Positions 57,167 to 64,000 of a DNA stretch of 64,000 nt are shown piece after piece. Position numbers and translations under genes: made by a program. The notes beneath the pieces are model-generated. The model made no database searches. It saw only the letters and a program-made list of their open reading frames with translations, and was not told where the DNA came from. The stretch is from positions 1-64,000 of the IMG/VR virus record IMGVR_UViG_3300037804_000399; one strand, 5' to 3'. How positions within the stretch are numbered: the first letter of the stretch is position 1; the number at the start of each line of letters is the position of its first letter. The stretch is from a virus.

Positions 57167-58057
57167 ATGATTGTAGTAACAGGAACTCCTCGTAGTGGAA
57201 CTTCATTAGCAATGTTATCATTGGCAAAGTTAATTGGCAAAGATAAAATAGTAGGAGATAAGTTCCCTCAGAAAAAGAAAGCTCAAAATGCTGCCGAACG
57301 ATATGTATATGAATTGAAGAATAATAATAACTTGAACCCTACAGGGTTTTGGGAAAATTTAAAGTATATATCCAATGGATTTTCATATTCATCAGAAAAT
57401 GAAAAAGAGTTTTATAAACTATCGACATCCTCTGATCATGCTGTTAAAATAATTGCTACTGGGTTACCAAAAACAGAACCAAAGTATATTGACAAGTTAG
57501 TCATCTGTTTGAGAGATCCTCTTGAAACTGCAACATCACAAACCGGACTTGTTGGACAAATTGGTCCAAGTGAAGCTGACCCTAAAAAACAAATCTTTGA
57601 TTTAATAACGATTGCAAAATATATGATAGTAAATCCAAAGGTTGATTACTTTCTGCTGAATTATTCAGATCATAAGATAAATGCAAAATACACTATGGAA
57701 CAATTAAGTGCATTTGTAGAAGTACCTTATAAGGAAAGCATTTACAAGGCCACTGGAAAGAAAACAATGAAGCGTCCCGATACAAAAATTTGGGACGAAG
57801 CATTTTACATTTACAATTTAATGATACAGGAAAATTTTCAAGCAGTGTGTGATTATTCCAATGATGTTACAACTGAGCTATCAAGACAAACAAAATCTTG
57901 GTTTTGTCCAAAGTTTGATTTTTTAACTAATGATGATCGATGTAATACGTGTAGAAGCAATAGCAAGGTAAGAGAAAACTTTATTAAAAAAGCAAATCAC
58001 AATAAACATGATCATGAAAACGAACCATGTTACTTGGATCTATTAGAACAGGAGTAG
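57167..58057 (+). CDS. Sulfotransferase paralogue with C-terminal Cys domain
   Basis: IVVTGTPRSGTSL, KFPQK, NPTGFWE, CLRDP.E.A.S. Confidence 0.85.
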   Translation: MIVVTGTPRSGTSLAMLSLAKLIGKDKIVGDKFPQKKKAQNAAERYVYELKNNNNLNPTGFWENLKYISNGFSYSSENEKEFYKLSTSSDHAVKIIATGLPKTEPKYIDKLVICLRDPLETATSQTGLVGQIGPSEADPKKQIFDLITIAKYMIVNPKVDYFLLNYSDHKINAKYTMEQLSAFVEVPYKESIYKATGKKTMKRPDTKIWDEAFYIYNLMIQENFQAVCDYSNDVTTELSRQTKSWFCPKFDFLTNDDRCNTCRSNSKVRENFIKKANHNKHDHENEPCYLDLLEQE

Positions 58058-58060
58058 TAA

Positions 58061-58558
58061 ATGAATTGGATTTACACATACAAAGCGCAAATATTACAAA
58101 AACTTCCACAGTTTGATTCAAATTATGATGAGATAGAAAAGAAGATTCAGAAAGCTGACTGTCCTAGATGTGTAAAGACTCGATATGAATTAAAACTGAA
58201 AAGACAAGTTTCTCAATCTATGAAACCTGGAATGTTTCCTCCACAACTCGAACAACTTCTAGCAGCTTACAATCCTTCATATGGACAAAAGAATAAAATC
58301 AAAACAGTAAGTCTCAAACCAGAAGAGATTTCAATACTCGATGAACGAAAAGGATGTATTGATTGCGTTAGAAAACATATGAGCCAGGCAATAATTTTAC
58401 TTCGTGAATGTAATCAAGGGTATGGTACAGACGAATTTGAGCACAAGTGGTTAGCTGTAGGTCATTTAGCCGAAGCAGCTGATGAAGCGTTGCAAATAAA
58501 TCCAGCATTGAGTATGAAGATTAGAGATCTCAGATTAATGATCATGGAACAAGAATGA
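58061..58558 (+). CDS. Hypothetical protein with two CxxC motifs
   Basis: CPRC, C.DC.RKH, GHL.EA.DE. Confidence 0.55.
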   Translation: MNWIYTYKAQILQKLPQFDSNYDEIEKKIQKADCPRCVKTRYELKLKRQVSQSMKPGMFPPQLEQLLAAYNPSYGQKNKIKTVSLKPEEISILDERKGCIDCVRKHMSQAIILLRECNQGYGTDEFEHKWLAVGHLAEAADEALQINPALSMKIRDLRLMIMEQE

Positions 58559-58755
58559 ATACATCTCCTGAAGTAATAAGAATTGCAATACAAATATTAA
58601 GATCTACATGTCAATTTAAACAAATAGGTCCTTATAACCAACCTATAATTGAAATTCAAAACACGTTAAAAACAATTCACGGCAACGATCTAACAGTATC
58701 AGAAGAAACTTTAACTCAACTAAAAGACATTAGTGACGCTATTGGTAATAAATAA
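58555..58755 (+). CDS. Small hypothetical protein
   Basis: ATGA-coupled ORF. Confidence 0.5.
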   Translation: MNTSPEVIRIAIQILRSTCQFKQIGPYNQPIIEIQNTLKTIHGNDLTVSEETLTQLKDISDAIGNK

Positions 58756-58787
58756 AGATAAACTGATAACATACTTGGAACCCATAC

Positions 58788-60593
58788 ATGGCAAAGTTCA
58801 GCGACTTTAATACAGATATAGTTTGTCCTCCCGATGTGGAAGACTCTCAATTTGACGATCAACCAGAATTATATGATGCCGGTGTTTGGAAACGATTCAA
58901 ATTTGACATGACTGCGGTCGATGAAAAATTTGTAATTGCTTTTGAGGCTGAAAATATCGCAAAGTCTGGACTAGACGAATCAGAAAACGGATTGGAGTTT
59001 CAAAACAATTACGATTTCCCATCTATTGAACCTGATACAGGAGCTGTTGCAGAAGGAAGAGTATTGGATGATTCTGAACGATATGAAAATGCGGTAGGTA
59101 TTATTCAAATTGATCAATCTACTTTAACATTTAACAAACATAATCATAAAGTAAAAGTTAGATTAGATGATACTGAAACTGATGATCAGGAAACAACATC
59201 TGTAATTTTACAAGAACATGTTGGTAAATATCTTCCAGCTTATGAAATAGATGAATCAAACATTGACATTTATTATCTTGATCGTATTAGAAGTACGGTA
59301 GACTTTGAAAGTTTAAATGTAGATCCTACAAATGCTCGTTTTAGAATTAATAAAGTAGTTTCAGGTGATAATAATTCACATGAAGTATTTTTAGATATCA
59401 TAGAAAATGATGATGTTAAATACACATCAATGTTTTTAGTAAACGTTCCAGAGCATTATGTAAATCGTTCTTTAATTGACTTGAAATTAATTGACAAGTC
59501 TTATGTTGAAGAAACTGACAGAGAAGCTATATTATGTAATGGACCTGAAGTTAAAAATTATATCGGCGCTGTTCAATATGAAACGTTTAGTTTTGTATTA
59601 GGTGGACGAGAAGCGAAATATAAAAAACAATCTTTACAAGCACGAGACACAAGACAAATAGTTGAAAACCAATTTAACCCAAGTGTGTTTCATCCTGAAT
59701 ACTTACTAGATGCAGATAAAGAAGGTTGGAATGTTGATAATGATGGAGTAGTTTATTATCACCCATCAGCTAGAGATGAATCATTTATCATTGATGAGTA
59801 TTCTCCTCTTGTTCCGTTCACTGATGTATATGATGAGACAGGAGTTATCAACGGAAGGAACTATCTTCCTGGAGTTGTTCCTACGAATGCACTTTATGAA
59901 TGTCAGAAGGTTGCTGAAGGAATCATTCCTGATAATATTATAGATGATGTTGTAACAGGAGAATATCCTCAACGTTGTGACATACCTTGGAATTATCTTA
60001 CCGAACAGAATTTAACTTTGGATAGTTTCAAAAGCGAATACCAATTTTTTGATACCGATACATTAATCGGTGAACAGCATCCAATATATGTTAACAAGAG
60101 TAATCAACTTAACGTACTTTATCCTGAAGTCATGTCAGCTCAATCATTCAGACTTAAAAATATGTATGATCCAAATTGGCAAACTTATATCACACAAAAT
60201 GACGAATGTATGGAAAGAACGCTAGATGGATTGAGAAAATACTGGAGTATAGGTAAAGATTCAAATGACATTTGGTTATCCTACTCGTATAGAGATGTAG
60301 ATAATGTAAATAACTTCGATCAGTTTGAGTTAATTGAAAGAATTGAAGGTTTTTATAAGCTGTCTGGATGTCCGTTACATAAGAGTAATGTATATTCACT
60401 CTTGATTGAAAATAGTGGATTAAATGAACGATTAGAAAAAGGTGAGCATAATGCTGACTCAAATAGTCCAACATTCAATAAAGCTATAAAAATCAAAGTA
60501 CAAGAACTTGTTGAACAAAATATAAGAAAACTTATAGATAAAGTAGCACCAGTTCACACTCAGCTTTGGCGAATAATTTGGAAAGGCGAATAA
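58788..60593 (+). CDS. Baseplate wedge-like structural protein
   Basis: Acidic; the C-terminal I...I.K..PVHT.L..I.W resembles the wedge (gp7/tail-I-like) C-terminal motif. Confidence 0.5.
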   Translation: MAKFSDFNTDIVCPPDVEDSQFDDQPELYDAGVWKRFKFDMTAVDEKFVIAFEAENIAKSGLDESENGLEFQNNYDFPSIEPDTGAVAEGRVLDDSERYENAVGIIQIDQSTLTFNKHNHKVKVRLDDTETDDQETTSVILQEHVGKYLPAYEIDESNIDIYYLDRIRSTVDFESLNVDPTNARFRINKVVSGDNNSHEVFLDIIENDDVKYTSMFLVNVPEHYVNRSLIDLKLIDKSYVEETDREAILCNGPEVKNYIGAVQYETFSFVLGGREAKYKKQSLQARDTRQIVENQFNPSVFHPEYLLDADKEGWNVDNDGVVYYHPSARDESFIIDEYSPLVPFTDVYDETGVINGRNYLPGVVPTNALYECQKVAEGIIPDNIIDDVVTGEYPQRCDIPWNYLTEQNLTLDSFKSEYQFFDTDTLIGEQHPIYVNKSNQLNVLYPEVMSAQSFRLKNMYDPNWQTYITQNDECMERTLDGLRKYWSIGKDSNDIWLSYSYRDVDNVNNFDQFELIERIEGFYKLSGCPLHKSNVYSLLIENSGLNERLEKGEHNADSNSPTFNKAIKIKVQELVEQNIRKLIDKVAPVHTQLWRIIWKGE

Positions 60594-60611
60594 TTTTTAA
60601 AGGAATAATAA

Positions 60612-63368
60612 ATGAATAGACAACTTCCAGTTGATATAAAAGATATTAAAGCGTTTTCAAACGAGTATATAAATCATTCGGTTGTAAACAGAGGACGAAT
60701 CAGACTATATCAGAACGACGAATACTTACTACAACAAATCGAAGGTATTTGGGGAAGTAGAGTTGATGAGCGTTTTCGTCTCATACGTACTTCAGAAACT
60801 GATTTTCAATATAAGCTTATCAATAATGCGGATGTACCAGCTGTAAAGCTAGGTGACGTTATTGCGTACAGTGAAGAAGTAACTCTAGATGGTATTAAAC
60901 CAAAATGGGGAATTCACACACCAACTACTTATCTCAATGATTTGGTTGATGTTGATACTGATCTCGGCGAAGATGATGCTGAATTTAGTTATGCACTTGT
61001 ATATGATAGAGAAACTGAATCTTGGAAAGCTACAAAAGCTTTAATTAATATCGACCAATTAACAATTAATGTTATTGATGTTGTTCATGAAGTTATTGGA
61101 AGAACTATTGATGTAAACTCTGATCCACTTATTCAGGATTTAGTTTATGTAAATGATGAAGTCATTTATCTTCCAAAGCCAAATAATCATGGTGATAAAA
61201 TCACTATTGTTAAACCAGCTATCAACACTGGAACAAGTCCAGTAGATGAAGAGCTCCAAGTTGGTAGTCCTTTTAGAGTTATGATCAGAGTTGTTGATCC
61301 TGTTACCCCTTTCACAAGAGACGATAGTGAAACATTAACAGTAAGTAAACTGACTCATCCAACTATTTTAGGTAAGCTTTATAATGAAGCTCAAGTATAC
61401 TGCGAAGATGAAGATAGACCTTTCTCGAGTATTACTTTTATTGCATCCATGGAGACATTGACATTAAACACTGGTGAAGAAGTAGAAGTTTCAAATTGGG
61501 TTCCTGTAAACGGTACAGGTAACTGGCAATATGATTATGCTGATCCAACAATGAGTGAAACTCTTGATGATCATGGATTTGATTTAGATACTGGAAATAC
61601 TTTAACTGCTGCTGCACAAATAAATTTCAACCCAAGTCAGTTATCATCAAAAGGTCTAATAACTTTATTAGGTGATACTCCTGCTAACTATGGACTTGAT
61701 AATCAAGTGCTTGTTACTAATCCAGGAGAATCCAAGTATGAATTAAAAAACCTTCATCATGATTTACATGATAGTGATTATCATACAAATGTTGATGCTG
61801 CTGAAATTACTACTGGTCAAACTTTAGTATTCAAAAAGAATCTTGGCGATAACGGAATGTTCGTAAATGAAACTCTGAAATCAAACAATTCTGCAAACTT
61901 AAATGTTAGCGTCGGAACTATTATAGAAGTGTATAGTAGTACTGCTTTAACACAAATCAATCTACCAAATACTACAGAGTCAGATGATTCTTGGTTACTG
62001 GCTGATGGATCTGAGATAGTTGCGGCTGATTATCCTGCTCTCATTCCTATTTTAAATAGTGATACAGTTGATATGTTGACTCTTCCGAGTATCACAACAG
62101 CAACAGATGTTTACGCCTTCATAAAGGCTACAAATGCTACTGTACGTGAAATAAGAGACATGTCATATAAGCACTTAGCAAACCCTTTAGAATTAACACC
62201 GCAACCAATCACTAGCAAGGACGATGCCTTAATAGAACAAACTGTTCTTTTATCAAGCCCGAACTTTGCTGGAATATCATTTTGGAACGTAAGAAAACTT
62301 TATGTTGAGATTTGTGTAACCGACAAGTATACTCCTTATTGGGAAGATTCATATATCGGAACTGATTCATACTTCTCACCAAACCTCGATGATTCATGTC
62401 AAGATTCATTTCAAGATTCATTTCAAGATTCATTTCAAGATTCATTTCAAGACTCTTGTCAGGATTCAGCATTTGATTTCCAAGACTCAATGTTCACAGG
62501 ATTTGAAGTTGGTATAGGTGATACGTTCATAACATTACAAGCAAAACTACCTGGCGCAACAAACTATACAAAATTATTTCAGAAGCAAACATTTGACACT
62601 GAAAGCTTTTCAACCCTTCTTGAGATTCCAGTTAATGAGAATCAGGAATGTGTTAACATTAAGTTTGGTTCAATGGTTAATTCATACTTTGGATTATCAG
62701 TAAAAGTAATTGGAGTAGATTGCGTTCGTGAATTAACTTCTTCATTAGATGTAGAAACAGTTCAGATTAAAGGTACTGTTTCAAATGTAGATGTTTATAA
62801 TCAACAGTATATTGATAACATTAGTAAATCATTAACTGATAGCACTACAGGATTGAGCATTTATCCAATTCATGTGTTAGCCAATCAAGAAGTTTCAGAA
62901 CCGTTTACTGAGTGGAGCGAAGTATTCGCATTCCTAAATAACGATCTCGATCTTTCGACAGTTACAAAGACTACAATCAAAGGACAATTTTACAACTCTG
63001 GTTTATCAACAACACTGATCAATACAAACACACATCTTCAAGAAAACATGGCAACATTAAATGTCACTTTTGATTGGGAAGGTGGAACGATGATTGGTTC
63101 GTATGATATAAATCAAGGTGCTAGTCCATTGTTATTGTTTAGTGGAATTATAAAAGGTACTCGTTCAGTTGTTGGTGGTCTATATGTTTGGGACATTACA
63201 ACACAAACTACTTTTGGTGTTGAGCCTTCACTTGCTCCGACTATCAAATTTGAGTTTGAGCCAAGCGTGTCTCCATCATTCCCAGTTATCAATGCACTTC
63301 CGAAACCAGGTATCAACGATGTAGTATCATACGATATTACACATTATCGTCACACTAACACGATTTAA
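60612..63368 (+). CDS. Tail fibre / baseplate structural protein with collar-like motif
   Basis: LNDLVDVD fibre repeat; VGTI...WLLADGS.....YPAL collar-like motif; QDSF tandem repeats. Confidence 0.55.
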   Translation: MNRQLPVDIKDIKAFSNEYINHSVVNRGRIRLYQNDEYLLQQIEGIWGSRVDERFRLIRTSETDFQYKLINNADVPAVKLGDVIAYSEEVTLDGIKPKWGIHTPTTYLNDLVDVDTDLGEDDAEFSYALVYDRETESWKATKALINIDQLTINVIDVVHEVIGRTIDVNSDPLIQDLVYVNDEVIYLPKPNNHGDKITIVKPAINTGTSPVDEELQVGSPFRVMIRVVDPVTPFTRDDSETLTVSKLTHPTILGKLYNEAQVYCEDEDRPFSSITFIASMETLTLNTGEEVEVSNWVPVNGTGNWQYDYADPTMSETLDDHGFDLDTGNTLTAAAQINFNPSQLSSKGLITLLGDTPANYGLDNQVLVTNPGESKYELKNLHHDLHDSDYHTNVDAAEITTGQTLVFKKNLGDNGMFVNETLKSNNSANLNVSVGTIIEVYSSTALTQINLPNTTESDDSWLLADGSEIVAADYPALIPILNSDTVDMLTLPSITTATDVYAFIKATNATVREIRDMSYKHLANPLELTPQPITSKDDALIEQTVLLSSPNFAGISFWNVRKLYVEICVTDKYTPYWEDSYIGTDSYFSPNLDDSCQDSFQDSFQDSFQDSFQDSCQDSAFDFQDSMFTGFEVGIGDTFITLQAKLPGATNYTKLFQKQTFDTESFSTLLEIPVNENQECVNIKFGSMVNSYFGLSVKVIGVDCVRELTSSLDVETVQIKGTVSNVDVYNQQYIDNISKSLTDSTTGLSIYPIHVLANQEVSEPFTEWSEVFAFLNNDLDLSTVTKTTIKGQFYNSGLSTTLINTNTHLQENMATLNVTFDWEGGTMIGSYDINQGASPLLLFSGIIKGTRSVVGGLYVWDITTQTTFGVEPSLAPTIKFEFEPSVSPSFPVINALPKPGINDVVSYDITHYRHTNTI
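62388..62492 (+). repeat. 12-bp tandem repeat CAAGATTCATTT (QDSF)n
   Basis: Four perfect units at 62400-62447 plus degenerate flanks. Confidence 0.9.
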
Positions 63369-63379
63369 GGATAATAATT

Positions 63380-64000
63380 ATGAAAGAAATTCAATCTATA
63401 CAAATTGAAGATGGTGACGATGGAAGAGTTCCAGCAACAGATTCAACTTCTTCAAAGGGATATGTAGTTAGAAAATTAGATAACCCTGACTTTGTAGAAC
63501 CGTTTAAAACAGAAGCAGCATTTGATCAATTTGAAGATTCTTCTTTTGATCCTCTCGTAAGTAAAGTTGATTATGTATATGATTATGTAACTCAGTTTGA
63601 TGATAGTTTTATGTTGGAAGATTCATTTCCAGGATTTACAGATCCTAATGATAGAGCAAATCATTTTGGAACTCAAACAGCTGATACAATTGAAGACTTT
63701 GACGAAGCAGTGTTGTTACTTCTTCCAATGGAAGCCTTTAAACATTATATTGCTGTTGTCGTACACACTGATAATGTCACTAATCAATTCAGTGAAATCA
63801 TCAATCCAGCTGCACCTGCTTATTCAAGCAAAGATCCATTAGGAACTATTGTTGCAGATATTCTTCCAATGAACATTGGAGATATTACATACGCTTCAAT
63901 GAATTATAAATGTTCAGGACAAGATGGTACCAAAGATTGGGATTATCATTTGATTCTTGATTTAGAAAATGAAACATACAGTGGGTATGTTGCAATGTCT
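63380..64000 (+). CDS. Structural protein, 3' partial
   Basis: AAGGA RBS; MKEIQSIQIEDG... stays open to the window end. Confidence 0.7.
   Translation, partial: MKEIQSIQIEDGDDGRVPATDSTSSKGYVVRKLDNPDFVEPFKTEAAFDQFEDSSFDPLVSKVDYVYDYVTQFDDSFMLEDSFPGFTDPNDRANHFGTQTADTIEDFDEAVLLLLPMEAFKHYIAVVVHTDNVTNQFSEIINPAAPAYSSKDPLGTIVADILPMNIGDITYASMNYKCSGQDGTKDWDYHLILDLENETYSGYVAMS

Noticed and set aside
63597-63842. 81-aa ORF in the track
   Set aside because: It lies out of frame within the longer open frame starting at 63380.
1-64000. Stop-codon reassignment as in some jumbo phages
   Set aside because: Core genes are full length in the standard code, and TAG ends genes (5035, 58057) right before the next gene.

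Overview
This 64 kb window is AT-rich, densely coding and almost entirely on the + strand. It comes from a large T4-like (Tevenvirinae-related, probably jumbo) myophage that uses the standard genetic code. Recognisable core genes are gp5 spike (partial), PAAR, gp4, large terminase, gp14, gp3, gp15, gp13, gp6, gp62, uvsY, uvsW, a family-B DNA polymerase, a Holliday-junction resolvase and RNase HI. T4 late promoters (TATAAATA), a conserved early-type promoter and many intrinsic terminators are visible. Five accessory features stand out. (1) A ~1 kb non-coding block (6.9-7.9 kb) holds a promoter, a ~230-nt structured RNA-like segment and a nested inverted-repeat array of GNA-triloop hairpins directly upstream of RNase HI; it is a candidate RNA-primed origin. 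(2) A 7-deazaguanine/pterin-type nucleotide-modification cluster (queD, degenerate queE, folE2, a second T-fold protein, a TGT/DpdA-like gene). (3) A family of otherwise unrelated proteins sharing an N-terminal IMEAY/IFKAY leader, plus two proteins with T4-type MKTFKQF capsid-targeting leaders. (4) Two free-standing homing endonucleases. (5) A ~15 kb island in the baseplate region where a 2225-aa protein with a huge Thr/Ser mucin-like stalk is followed by modular cadherin-like adhesin genes interleaved with two paralogous sulfotransferases; this is the best candidate for an undescribed system (a sulfated, mucin-like, branched virion appendage). All functional calls come from motif recognition by eye; no database searches were run.
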